Under the pieces are notes generated by a model, which saw only the letters and a list, made by a program, of their open reading frames with translations, did no database searches and was not told where the DNA came from. Shown here piece by piece: positions 53,503 to 61,140 of a stretch of DNA of 64,000 nucleotides. Position numbers and translations under genes: made by a program. Numbering within the stretch: position 1 is the first letter of the stretch; each line of letters opens with the position of its first letter. Source of the DNA: Octopus sinensis (lineage: Eukaryota); NCBI RefSeq assembly GCF_006345805.1, contig NC_043020.1, positions 10,788,001-10,852,000 of the forward strand. The letters are read 5' to 3'.

Positions 53503-53676
53503 TGCTTATATGCCAACAGAACGTGGCAGTCCTACGAAGGACGATGTTATTGTTATATATATATATACTTGTATAGAAGATAGTTACTCAAAAGATTGAC
53601 CACTGTAAGTAGATGCATCGTAATAGATAAAATAATTCGTCTTACTCTCGAGTCTTTTTCTGTCACTTGTATCCAT
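1740..53676 (-). CDS. TONSL: Tonsoku-like protein (TONSL/NFKBIL2), 5' part: join(53676-53646,47578-47483,44146-43766,39132-39060,16762-16591,4125-4020,1900-1740); continues beyond the left edge
   Basis: Seven GT-AG exons with compatible phases (31+96+381+73+172+106+161=1020 nt) give one open 340-aa frame. It is colinear with the human TONSL TPR region as recalled: [12 protein letters not shown] vs [21 protein letters not shown] vs [19 protein letters not shown] vs EDLFRARYNL, ARHSLKK vs AKRALKK. The ankyrin and LRR domains are not in the window. Confidence 0.93.
2725..3122 (+). mobile_element. SINE family A (tRNA-like head, internal (TA)n(TG)n, AGTAAAAG tail); about 20 copies or fragments
   Basis: A/B-box-like TGGCTGTGTGGT and GGTTCAGTCCC. 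Approximate other copies: 3505-3905-, 12780-13230-, 18465-18857-, 19071-19470+, 25466-25865+, 26728-27012-, 33190-33590-, 33870-34305-, 44365-44760-, 45428-45825-, 48770-49155+, 52140-52505+, 57595-57826+, 58490-58855-. Confidence 0.85.
4020..4125 (-). CDS. TONSL: TONSL exon 6 ([35 protein letters not shown])
   Basis: Acceptor GCCTTTCCAG|, donor G|GTGAGT, 106 nt, phase 0-1. Confidence 0.88.
4307..4988. mobile_element. GG-ended MITE (Merlin-like), left end duplicated
   Basis: TIR GGATCTTTTCGGTTTGAACGG..CCGTTCAAACCGAAAAGATCC, TSD aagatcac/cagatcac (7/8). The first ~260 bp are repeated in tandem. Confidence 0.75.
6550..7000 (+). mobile_element. CR1-group LINE 3' end
   Basis: [38 protein letters not shown]. 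An antisense copy of the same family lies at about 39350-39775. Confidence 0.8.
7623..8010 (+). mobile_element. Non-autonomous Helitron
   Basis: A|TCTTTATATATAAAAG start, subterminal hairpin CCCGAGCAACGCCGGG, CTAG|T end, no TSD, internal ~80-bp tandem repeat. Confidence 0.75.
8466..8841. repeat. About 195-bp tandem duplication bounded by (TA)n tracts
   Basis: CTAATTATAACAATGAGG at 8466 and 8661. Confidence 0.85.
9266..9560 (-). mobile_element. Penelope-like element terminal (pLTR) remnant with inverted arms
   Basis: About 9349-9412 is inverted relative to about 9505-9557 around the hammerhead. A related copy lies at about 38495-38790. Confidence 0.55.
9445..9487 (-). ncRNA. Minimal type I hammerhead ribozyme (canonical core) in a Penelope-like remnant
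   Basis: CCAC-CUGAAGA-UUGUC(GAUCAA)GACAA-GAAA-C GAUU G-UA-GUGG. Stem I CCAC/GUGG, stem II 5 bp, self-complementary stem III ACGAUUGU, GUA cleavage site. Confidence 0.75.
9575..10150 (-). mobile_element. Penelope-like partial tandem (repeat - unique 220 bp - repeat)
   Basis: About 170-bp direct repeats at 9575-9745 and 9968-10150, each carrying the hammerhead-like motif. A third fragment lies at about 45060-45210 (+). Confidence 0.5.
10071..10108 (-). ncRNA. Hammerhead-like fold with A6U core (CUGUCGA-A)
   Basis: UCUUU-CUGUCGA-A-GAGC(GUAG)GCUC-GAAA-CG-UA-AAAGA. Degenerate relatives at about 9671-9708 (-) and 45085-45118 (+). Confidence 0.45.
11145..11201 (+). ncRNA. Minimal type I hammerhead ribozyme (canonical core, bulged A before GAAA)
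   Basis: AUUCCA-CUGAUGA-AGC..GCAU/AUGC..GCU-A-GAAA-UCUAGA-UC-UGGAAU. Stem I 6 bp, palindromic stem III AUCUAGAU, AUC site. Confidence 0.7.
11320..12262 (-). mobile_element. Chapaev-like (CMC/Transib-related) transposase C-terminal remnant, split by a (GAT)n-tailed repeat
   Basis: [43 protein letters not shown], then after the insertion [25 protein letters not shown]. This matches the recalled [15 protein letters not shown]...GERFHQDI...DYCW motif; the family name is from memory. Confidence 0.6.
12975..13058. repeat. (TA)n microsatellite (representative)
   Basis: Other long tracts at about 8184-8230, 8602-8660, 8797-8841, 9198-9263 and 53447-53500; (ATT)n at about 37935-37970; many (GAT)n and (CA)n tracts. 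Confidence 0.95.
14430..14627. mobile_element. hAT (Charlie-like) MITE
   Basis: TIR CAGTGGTTCCCAA/TTGGGAACCACTG, TSD aattagtt/gattagtt. Confidence 0.75.
15942..16635. repeat. 5-copy 137/140-bp tandem array containing the last 45 nt of TONSL exon 5 and its donor site
   Basis: Donor GT positions (minus strand) at 16590, 16453, 16313, 16176 and 16036. Confidence 0.92.
16591..16762 (-). CDS. TONSL: TONSL exon 5 ([19 protein letters not shown]...DSYLLKFQ)
   Basis: Acceptor (CT)nCACTCGCAG|, donor CAG|GTAAGC, 172 nt, phase 2-0. TPR-like. Confidence 0.9.
16973..17386. mobile_element. GG-ended MITE (Merlin-like), 414 bp
   Basis: Same TIR, perfect 8-bp TSD TTATTATC. Confidence 0.8.
17540..18097. mobile_element. 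piggyBac-type MITE (CCCTTTCGTTAC ends) with 3 internal 169-bp tandem units
   Basis: TTAA on the left, TTCA on the right. Units start at about 17592, 17761 and 17930. Confidence 0.7.
21086..21470 (+). mobile_element. SINE family D (tRNA head), full length
   Basis: 13-bp TSD ATTCCACTGAACT. Relatives at about 14933-15230+, 48410-48700-, 47265-47368 and 63987-64000. Confidence 0.8.
22313..22620. mobile_element. piggyBac-type MITE
   Basis: TTAA|CCCCTTACCC ... GGGTAAGGGG|TTAA. Confidence 0.75.
26213..26420 (+). pseudogene. Hero-like LINE C-terminal remnant
   Basis: [23 protein letters not shown]. Confidence 0.55.
27150..27345 (-). pseudogene. RTE-clade LINE ORF 3' end
   Basis: [25 protein letters not shown], followed by GCACGTAAAA-type UTR repeats. 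Confidence 0.6.
28051..28269. mobile_element. CCCTTTAG-type piggyBac MITE family (~220 bp)
   Basis: TTAA|CCCTTTAG...CTAAAGGG|TTAA. Other copies: 21619-21840, 29068-29286, 30091-30311, 32562-32782, 47657-48021. Confidence 0.75.
28294..28629. mobile_element. Inverted (fold-back) Penelope-like insertion
   Basis: 129-bp arms (28358-28486 / 28501-28630) with a 14-nt spacer, flanked by the 13-bp direct repeat GAAATTTAGAATG. Repeated at about 29310-29647; single arms at about 37290-37490 and 31175-31258. Confidence 0.6.
28505..28555 (+). ncRNA. Hammerhead-fold RNA with variant G3-C8 core
   Basis: UUUGUCA-GUGAACA-G-GUCGC(GGUCUCAAA)GCGAC-GAAA-AUAU-UU-UGACAAA. Stem I 7 bp, stem II 5 bp, palindromic AAUAUU. 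Confidence 0.65.
29522..29572 (+). ncRNA. Second copy of the G3-C8 hammerhead fold
   Basis: Identical to 28505-28555, in the second 1-kb tandem unit. Confidence 0.65.
31543..32075 (-). repeat. Three tandem ~179-bp copies of the family C 3' end
   Basis: AACGTCCG at 31561, 31739 and 31918. Confidence 0.85.
32502..32944. mobile_element. piggyBac MITE with a nested CCCTTTAG-type piggyBac MITE (32562-32782)
   Basis: Both elements are flanked by TTAA. The inner one splits the outer one's internal TTAA. Confidence 0.75.
37297..37347 (+). ncRNA. Third copy of the G3-C8 hammerhead fold
   Basis: Same core. The 3' strand of stem I reads UGGCAAA (A>G gives a G.U wobble and keeps the pairing). Confidence 0.62.
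38712..38774 (-). ncRNA. Minimal type I hammerhead ribozyme (canonical core), same family as 9445
   Basis: CAC-CUGAAGA-AUGACU...AGCCAU-GAAA-CGAUCG-UA-GUG. Perfect palindrome ACGAUCGU, GUA site, stem I only 3 bp. Confidence 0.7.
39060..39132 (-). CDS. TONSL: TONSL exon 4 ([25 protein letters not shown])
   Basis: Acceptor GTACCTAACAG|, donor CG|GTAAGT, 73 nt, phase 1-2. Bridges exons 3 and 5 in frame. Confidence 0.85.
40008..40420 (-). repeat. Head-to-tail dimer of SINE B
   Basis: Same junction again, at about 40180. Confidence 0.8.
40450..41330 (-). pseudogene. Hero/NeSL-like (restriction-like endonuclease) LINE C-terminal remnant
   Basis: KQVVLLE...IDVGC*GFAG...[20 protein letters not shown] matches the KQVVLLELTVPWE..EVGCRGF..SxWLW pattern. 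Stops are present and a MITE interrupts it. Confidence 0.65.
40820..41240. mobile_element. GG-ended MITE (Merlin-like), reverse orientation, inserted in a Hero-like LINE
   Basis: Same TIR, perfect 8-bp TSD CCAAGTTC. Confidence 0.8.
41594..42668 (-). mobile_element. Internally deleted piggyBac element with a transposase N-terminal ORF (42389-41877)
   Basis: TTAA on both sides, TIR CCCTTTCGTTAC. The ORF has an acidic N-terminus and [39 protein letters not shown], typical of PGBD/DDE_Tnp_1_7 N-termini. Confidence 0.85.
42932..43293 (+). mobile_element. Family C: (GAT)n-tailed RTE-associated repeat with an internal ~60-bp GCACGTAAAAAGCAC VNTR
   Basis: Conserved GTTGGCGTTAGGAAGGGCATCCAGCTGTAG block. 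Approximate copies: 6000-6350+, 10835-11098+, 11870-12048+, 13540-13815-, 20155-20500-, 22845-23320-, 25045-25440-, 31545-32115-, 35140-35485-, 36210-36505+, 46740-47230+. Confidence 0.8.
43330..43669 (-). mobile_element. SINE family E (tRNA head, GACCGAAGGGGGTC tail)
   Basis: Head GGCTCAGTGGTTAGAGCG..GTTCGAATCC. Copies at about 5283-5618- and 49917-50250-. Confidence 0.8.
43766..44146 (-). CDS. TONSL: TONSL exon 3 ([14 protein letters not shown]...[12 protein letters not shown]...KARLFLNMG), TPR repeats
   Basis: Acceptor CACATAG|, donor G|GTAAGT, 381 nt, phase 1-1. Contains the TONSL signature [10 protein letters not shown]. Confidence 0.95.
45829..45922. repeat. 94-bp spacerless palindrome
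   Basis: ATAGGAGTGAGTTCCATGAATTTGAAG..GCAGACTATA|TAGTCTGC..CTTCAAATTCATGGAACTCACTCCTAT. Confidence 0.9.
46164..46741. repeat. About 289-bp tandem duplication
   Basis: ACAGCCATATAACAACAATC occurs at about 46164 and 46452. Confidence 0.85.
47483..47578 (-). CDS. TONSL: TONSL exon 2 ([31 protein letters not shown])
   Basis: Acceptor TTTTATCTCCAG|, donor G|GTCAGT, 96 nt, phase 1-1. Resembles human [32 protein letters not shown]. Confidence 0.88.
49217..50441. mobile_element. Tc1/mariner-pogo-type non-autonomous element with ~177-bp internal repeats and a nested SINE
   Basis: TA|CCGTTATTCCTCGAGTATAAT ... ATTATACTCGAAGATTTACGG|TA. Repeat units at about 49505, 49680 and 49855; the last is split by a SINE at 49917-50250. 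Confidence 0.65.
50964..51350. mobile_element. GG-ended MITE, left end truncated
   Basis: Body and right TIR match 16973-17386. Confidence 0.7.
52757..53013. repeat. Fold-back element with ~75-bp arms in TONSL intron 1
   Basis: TTTTACAACTAAAAATAAGGGTGTCTGAGAGACAC.. is inverted at about 52926-53013. Confidence 0.75.
53646..53676 (-). CDS. TONSL: TONSL coding exon 1 ([10 protein letters not shown] + 1 nt)
   Basis: ATG at 53676, donor A|GTAAGA, phase 1; joins AG of exon 2 to give AAG (K). An E2F-like site lies 60 bp upstream. Confidence 0.8.
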
Positions 53677-53735
53677 CCTATGCTAAAACTAAACTTTGAA
53701 TTTAACCAGACACGGACATTTTTTTTTTTTTCAGT

Positions 53736-53743
53736 TTTCGCGC
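53736..53743 (+). promoter_or_regulatory. E2F-type site TTTCGCGC just upstream of the TONSL ATG
   Basis: Matches the E2F consensus TTTSSCGC, within TTTTCGCGCGACTTTT in otherwise CpG-poor DNA. Fits an S-phase repair gene. Function is inferred. Confidence 0.55.
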
Positions 53744-55578
53744 GACTTTTAGGTAATATCAAAAAGTAGGAATTGGTTTGACGGATCATGATCGATACTT
53801 TATTAAAGTACTAAGACGGTGCCTTTATTGATAATATTTTCATATGTTTAGCGTATAAAGAATATTAGAAATAATTATTTAGTGTATTCTTTAAGAACAA
53901 TGAATAAAATGTAGGCATAAGTCAATGAACTTTTCAATAGACGGAAGTGAATTTTGTTTTTAAAAAATGTGGACCGGAAAGAGAACGAAATCATTTTTAC
54001 GTCACAAAGATTAGTTCAATTGAGTTAATAATTGTGCATTTTACACACATAAAACAGGATACATTAGAATTGTTGTTGACATTCTGTGATTCCACGAGTA
54101 TAGTGTATATATGTGTTATGAGCCAATGAAGGAACTTGTAATTGTTAAACCAATCAAAATTACTTAATTAGTTTAATTATAAGCAATAAAACACCATACT
54201 TAAGAATTTTTATACCCTTTCAGAGTGTTCAGCATACAGTTTCTATGTAGTCCCTTCCGATTTGTAAAGGAGGGCATCGTTTATGAGCAGATTCGACAAG
54301 TTTACCAAAAAGTAGAGAGAAACGATAATCAGTGGATGAGGAGAACCAAATATCAGACATTTTGTCAGTAGCGTAGCTAAGGTATGTGCCGCTGGGGTAG
54401 CCCTTGAGTTTGCCCCACTCCGGGTCCACCACAGCACGTACTGACTAATACAGCAGTATCAAGCACTAGCGTAGCTGGAGGATAGTAGGAGCGGTCCGCC
54501 CGTGAGATCCGGGGACGGCAAACGGAAGGGTCGCCCCGGGCGGCACACACTCTACCTTCGCTAGTGGTGTCAAGTGCCACCCTCTCCCATTAGCTACGAT
54601 ACTGTGCTCTGTGCCGCACAGAAACTACTTTAAAGTATTGCAGGCTCCTTTCTTGATACTGTCTAAAGCTATCGCAATATTGGAAACCCTTCTGTATTAT
54701 TAGTAACGATCTCTGGGTCGCAAGGGTTTTGCCCAGTAACCTATATGCTTACTCGAGTGCGACAGCGAAGACTAAATTCGCCTTCCTCTACAGAAAGGCT
54801 TCGTAGATAGAGCCCGTCTGAATATTTTGAAGGTAGGGATAAATCAATGATAATTCGATCCCATTCACTAGCATAGCTAAAGTGTGTATCGCCCTGGACG
54901 GCCCTTCCGTTTGCCGGAACCCACAAAAAAAACAAAAACATATATTGCCTGCAGCAGACCCAAAAGTGCCGCCTGGGGCGGACTGCTATTATACCCTATC
55001 CCCTAGTTACGCTAGTGATCCTCAATATATGATAACTACGTTTTACTGGCTCCCAGAAGAATGAAACGTAAATAGAATACACAAAATGTTCATTGGCATT
55101 TCTTCTAGCATTACGTTCTGAGTTCAAATTCCGCCGAGGTCGACTTTGCCTTTCGATAAAATAAATACAAATTGATCACTAGGGGTCACTATATTCGATT
55201 AATACCCGCTACCCGAAATTTCAGACCTTGTACCTTTAGTAGAAAGAATACAGCGAGTTAGCGCCAATATATTTTGTTCGTTATTGTTCTTAGTCCGCTT
55301 TCATTAATATATGAATGAAAGGTGAAGTACTATCATATGTGGGGAAAACACGCAAAAAAAAAAATAGAAGAGAAATACCGATTTATACGTAACATCTCTT
55401 CTGAAAGTCTGCCAATATACACCCACACATACATACAAACATACATGTTTATAACCTTTATGTGGTCGCTCAATCTGCCAGAAACATCAGTCAAATCTCT
55501 TAAATAACATTCTAAAGTGGATAATGTAGTTATTGATATATAATTGGACAGGGTGTTCATGGTTGATCTAATCATACA

Positions 55579-56173
55579 TATTTCTTTATTACCCACAAGG
55601 GGCTAAACATAGAAGGGGCAAAGACAGACATAGGTATTAAGTCGATTACATCGACCCCAGTGCGTAACTGGTACTTAATTTATCGACCCCGAAAGGATGA
55701 AAGGCAAAGTCGACCTCAGCGGAATTTGAACACAGAACGTAGCGACATATGAAATACCTATTTCTTTATTACCCACAAGGGGCTAAACACAGAGGGGACA
55801 AACAAGGAGAGACATGGGTATTAAGTCGATTACATCGACCCCAGTGCGTAACTGGTACTTAATTTATCGACCCCGAAAGGATGAAAAGCAAAGTCGACCT
55901 TGGCGGAATTTGAACTCAGAACGTAGCGACAGATGAAATACCTATTTCTTTATTACCCACAAGGGGCTAAACACAGAGGGGACAAACAAGGAGAGACATG
56001 GGTATTAAGTCGATTACATCGACCCCAGTGCGTAACTGGTACTTAATTTATCGACCCCGAAAGGATGAAAGGCAAAGTCGACCTCGGCGGAATTTGAACT
56101 CACAACGTAACGACAGACGAAATACGGATACGCATTTCGCCCGGCGTGCTAACGATTCTGCCAGCTCGCCGCC
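55579..56173 (-). repeat. Head-to-tail trimer of SINE B
   Basis: Units start at 55579, 55759 and 55943, with the same junction as the tetramer. Confidence 0.85.
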
Positions 56174-56403
56174 ACAATTGCTTGTTCTGTACTGACCTCG
56201 GAATAAAACAACAACGAATATATTCTTTTCTACTCTAGGCACAAAGCCCGAAATTTTTTGGGGGGGAGGGGGCCAGTCAATTAGATCAACCCCAGTAAGC
56301 ATTTCGCGTGCTACGTTTCTGTTCTACTCTAGACACAAGACCGGAAATTTTTTTTTGGGGGGGGGGCTGTCGATTAGATCGATACCAGTATGCAACTGGT
56401 ACT

Positions 56404-56565
56404 GGATCTTTTCCTTTTGAACGGCATATGTCAACACAATTTCTAGTTAACTAAACACTTTTAAACTTCGTATACTGGTAGAATGTGTTTATAAAACATC
56501 ATTTTTTTTCTTGGCTTTATTGAGAAAATTCTATAGTTTGTAACATATTTTCACTGGAAAGATCC
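56404..56565. mobile_element. GG-ended MITE subfamily 2 (GGATCTTTTCCTTTTGAACGG), internally deleted, inserted in a SINE
   Basis: Perfect 8-bp TSD CTGGTACT. Confidence 0.75.
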
Positions 56566-56875
56566 CTGGTACTTAATTTATCGACCCGAAAGGATGAAAG
56601 GCAAAGTCGAACTCGGCGCAATTTGAATTCAGAAGGTAAAGACAGCTTGCCGTCTAACAACACTGACTTTTATTATAAATAGAAAGCCGGATGTAATAAA
56701 CTGAAAGTGCAGGGTTTGAGAGGGAAAGACAGAGAGGAACTCGAATAAAGCAAGAGAGGGGGGAAGAGAAAGACAGAAATAAAATAACAGAGATATGAAA
56801 GGGAAGAGACAGAGAGAGAGAAGTTAGTGGGGAAGTTTATTGTACACTGAGTAAAGAGTGGAGTGAGAGGGCCTT

Positions 56876-56911
56876 TATAAAGACCAAGGGAAGCTAAGGT
56901 CTGGTTCATTC
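56876..56911 (+). promoter_or_regulatory. TATA box + initiator core promoter of the + strand gene
   Basis: TATAAA at 56876 and TCATTC (TCAKTY-type Inr) with +1 A at 56908, a spacing of 32. Preceded by a GA-rich tract at 56700-56870. Confidence 0.55.
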
Positions 56912-56921
56912 GCTATAGCTA

Positions 56922-57335
56922 ATGCTGAGATCTTTGTTAGCGAAACTTTCAGATATGCCGACTGTAATACCACAGCCTGCTGAAGAAATGAAATCGATGT
57001 GTGTCGATGGAGTTACGGAAGGAGCCGGAAAACTGAACACACCACCACCAAACAAGAAAGCTGTTCAAAATGCTGTTCAAAATGAAAAAGACATCGATGA
57101 AGGAAATCAATTTGTAGATATGCCACCAAAGCAGACAGAGGAAATGAGTAATGACGATAAAGAAGTTCGTTGTTTGATTCCTACGGAAAAACTCGAAGAA
57201 GGCGACCCTAAACAACCAATGAAAACTAAACCCCGGTGGCGTCGAAAAATTCGCCTTATTTTGTGTTTCATTTCGATTGTGCTGGGGATCATCATTGCTA
57301 CTGCCCTGTCAATCATTGCTATTTACCTAAATCAG
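56922..57335 (+). CDS. First coding exon of an unidentified type II membrane protein (start at 56922 or MPTV at 56955)
   Basis: Non-repetitive 138-codon ORF: acidic cytoplasmic N-terminus, basic stop-transfer KPRWRRKIR, a 27-aa hydrophobic helix (LILCFISIVLGIIIATALSIIAIYLNQ), then donor CAG|GTAATA in phase 0. Family not recognised. Confidence 0.75.
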
Positions 57336-57706
57336 GTAATATTATTCGTTTCATTTGGTATGTGTGTGTGTGTGTTAATGCATTTAAACTACAATAGTCT
57401 GTTCGAGAAAACATTCAGTTGATAAACAGTTCTGTGTGGGCGCGCACCTATGCGTGTAATATGAATGAATGTGTGTGAACGAGAGTTGACGTTTTCGCAG
57501 TTTTTTTTTTCTGTCTATTACGATTCACATTGAGTTCGGAACAGTGGTTATTGTATGTCAAACAATTTCAGTTTAAATCGCTCTATAAAATATATAGGCG
57601 TGGCTGTGTGTTAAGAAGCTTGCTTCCCAACCACATGGTTCTGGGTTCACTCCCACTGCGTAGTACCTTGGCAAGTGTCTTCTGCTATAGCCTCGCGCTG
57701 ACCAAG

Positions 57707-57991
57707 GCCTTATGTTTGTCTATCTACCATCGTTTGACAACCGATGCTGGTGTGTTCGCGTCCCTGTAACCGAGCGGTTCGGCAAAATTAATCGATAGGA
57801 TAAGTACCTGGTTCACAAAGAATAACTTATTCTTTGTGAACCAGGTACTTATTCTATCGATTAATTTTGCCGAACCGCTCGGTGAACCAGGTACTTATTC
57901 TATCAATTAATTTTGCCGAACCGCTCGGTTAGAGGGACGCGAACACACCAGCATCGGTTGTCAAACGATGGTAGATAGACAAACATAAGGC
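57707..57991. repeat. SINE A fold-back palindrome with a 1-nt centre at 57826
   Basis: CAAAGAATAA-C-TTATTCTTTG centre, arms of about 120 bp, 46-bp duplication in the right arm. Confidence 0.85.
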
Positions 57992-58212
57992 GGCGAGCTG
58001 GCAGAAACGTTAGCACTCCGGGCGAAATGCGTAGCCGTATTTCGTCTGCCGTTACGTTCTGAGTTCAAATTCCGCCGAGGTCTGACTTTGCCTTTTATCC
58101 TTTCGGGGTCGATAAATTAAGTACCAGTTATTCACTGGGGTCGATGTAATCGACTTGATCCGTTTGTTTGTCCCCTCTATGTTTAGCCCCTTGTAGGTAA
58201 TAAAGAAATAGG
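57988..58212 (+). mobile_element. SINE family B (tRNA head, Meta-domain-like CCTTTCATCCTTTCGGGGTCGATAAATTAAGTACC body)
   Basis: Head GGCGGCGAGCTGGCAG..GAGTTCAAATTCC. Approximate other copies: 10515-10735+, 22020-22252-, 27668-27921-, 34620-34843-, plus the multimers listed separately. Confidence 0.8.
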
Positions 58213-59425
58213 TTGTCAAACGATGGTAGATAGACAAACACAGACACACAAATATATACATATATGTATATATACACGACAGGTATCTCTCAGTTTCCGT
58301 CTACCAAATCCACTCACAAAGCTTTGGTCGGATCGAGACTATAGCAGATACTTTCCCAAGGTGCCATGCAGTGGGACTGAAACCGGAACCATGTCGTTGG
58401 AAAGCTAGCTTCTTTAAATTATGAAATTGGCCATAAAGGCCTTACATAGAGGGGACAACACAAGGGGAAGAACAAAAAAAAACAACTCTTTACTTATTTA
58501 CTTGTTTCAGTCATTTGACTGCGGCCATGCTGGAGCACCGCCTTTTAATCGAGCAACTCGACCCCGGGACTTATTCTTTTGTAAGCCCAGTACTTAATTT
58601 TATCGGTCTCGTTTGCCGATCCGCTAAGTAACGGGGACATAAACACACCAGCCATCGGTTGTCAAGCAATGCTAGGGGGACAAACACAGACACACAAACA
58701 CACACACGCATATATATATTGGTCGGCCTGAGGCTATAGTAGAAGGCACTTGCCCAAGGTGCCACGCTGTGGGACTGAACCCGGAACCATGTGGTTGGTG
58801 AACAAGCTACCTATCTTTTCCCAAGCTACTTACCACACAGCCACTCCTGCGCCTATTAATACACCTTTTTTTAAAGCTTTTTTTGAAAATTATTTAATCG
58901 CCTTTTTTTTTTAAATGTATACATTGTGCTTTTTTAGAATATCTATATACCTTATGTGTTCCGGTATTGCGCTGGTGTCTATGTTTTTTACTCACCATTC
59001 GCAGTCCAGATTTTCCACATACTTCTACTGCCATTACCACCACCACTATCGACTTTAGATGATTATAACTTTCACAAAAATCGATATTTTTTAATGAAAT
59101 TTTCCATGAATATGTGTTATATCATGTAGATTCCGAATATACAAAATTGGAGGGGTGGGATTTTAGGCGGGAGTGGGGAATTTTGGAAAATTCGCCGGAG
59201 TCCACTTCAGTTTGTCTTAACTTTCAAGAAAATGGATAGTTTTTAATGAAATTCTCTACAAATATACCTCGGACTATGTATATTCCGAGGACATAGGAAT
59301 TTTCGGGGAAAACAATTGAGGGTTATTTTTGAGAACCGTTCCTCACTCGGAGGTGTTTCGGAACAAGTCGTCCATTTTGAAGTGGACTCCGGTGAATTTT
59401 CCGTGATTTCCCACCCCCTCCTAAA

Positions 59426-59456
<31 letters not shown>

Positions 59457-59642
59457 AAATGTGTATATTCGGAATCTACATGATATAACACATATTCGTA
59501 AAAAAAAAATCCATTAAAAAAATATCCATCTTTTCTGCAAGTTATGATCATCCAAAGTCGGTGGGGCAGAAATCTGTATTCATGCCTGATTTTGGCCAAA
59601 AATCACATTTTCAAAATTTTTATTTCCCCCACCTTAATATCT

Positions 59643-60248
59643 GGATCTTTTCCTTTTGAGCGGCCGATGTCAACACAATTTCTATGGAGACAAACACAGA
59701 CACACAAACACACACACGCATATATATATATATTGGTCGGCCTGAGGCTATAGTAGAAGGCACTTGTCCAAGGTGCCACGCTGTGGGACTGAACCCGGAA
59801 CCATGTGGTTGGTAAGCAAGCTACTTACCACACAGCCACTCCTGCGCCTATTAATACAACTTCGTACAGCACGAAATCTTTTAAAGTGGAAATATGATAT
59901 AACATATAGAATTTTCTCAATAAAGCCAAGAAAAAATGATGTTTTATAAACACACTCGACCAGTATATGAAGTTTAAAAGTGTTTAGTTAACTAGAAATT
60001 GTGTTGAAATCTGGCCTTCAAAAGGAAAAGATCCCTAAAAAAATGATGTTTTATAAACACATTCTACCAGTATACGAAGTTTAAAAGTGTTTAGTTAACT
60101 AGAAATTGTGTTGAAATCTGGCATTCAAAAGGAAAAGATCCCTAAAAAAATGATGTTTTATAAACACATTCTACCAGTATACGAAGTTTAAAAGTGTTTA
60201 GTTAACTAGAAATTGTGTTGAAATCTGGCCTTCAAAAGGAAAAGATCC
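59643..60248. mobile_element. GG-ended MITE subfamily 2 with a nested SINE fragment and 3 x 107-bp right ends
   Basis: TSD taatatct/caatatct. Right-TIR copies end at 60034, 60141 and 60248. Confidence 0.72.
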
Positions 60249-61140
60249 CAATATCTTGAATTTTAACTTTTTTTCGAAATCGGCGATTACTTCCTCTATC
60301 TTCAAACATAAAATGAAATGTGATTTAAAAACAAAAGTGTATTTAATTTTTTTTTTCATTAACCTCGCTCCCTGTAAATCCTAAAACTTAGGGGATTTTT
60401 TTTGTATTTTCGAAATTATTTTTAATCATAGTTTTATAATACAGACAACTCGAATCTACAATTTCTTTCTGTTTGTAATTTCAAAATAATTTTCAATGGA
60501 AACGGTGTGTGATTTAAGGGAGATTTGGCTGTTTCTGGCACATCCTACGATCCCTTGGTACCTACTTAATACCTATGTCTGTCCTTGTTTGTCCCCTCTA
60601 TGTTTAGCCCCTTGTGGGTAATAAAGAAATAGGTACCTTCCTCGTTTCTTTGCCATTATAGCATGTGTTAATAATAATTTTTTTTTTATCTTTCTTCTCA
60701 TAAACATATTTTACGGAATGATGATGATGTGCTGGGTGGTCTGTTGCTGAGATGTTAGCGACAACAAAAATTTTGTAATTTAAATATTTAATCCCCCACC
60801 CCGCATCAAGCGAGCCCGTATGCATGTTTGTGAAAGAAAAAAAACATTTTCCGACAGAAAAGTATGCTATTGAAATAAATGACTTTTTACGTACCATTTT
60901 TTTAAATCAACCTGTTGCCCAAATGAAATTCTGTACTCACACGCATACACACACACACACAGCGTGAGCTATAGGCTTTTAAAGAGTGTATGGTAGTATA
61001 TATAGAGAGGGGAAAAGTTTACCATGGGAAAAAACGTCAAAAATAAAAGAAAACTATTTGTTCGTGATAGTTGTGATAAAAGGGAAATAAATATTAGGAG
61101 ACGAAGTTTTAAACAAAATGAAAATGCATGTGAGATAATA

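Noticed and set aside
59050-59555. Degenerate long inverted repeat
   Set aside because: Probably an old MITE. Ends and TSD could not be defined, so it is not classified.
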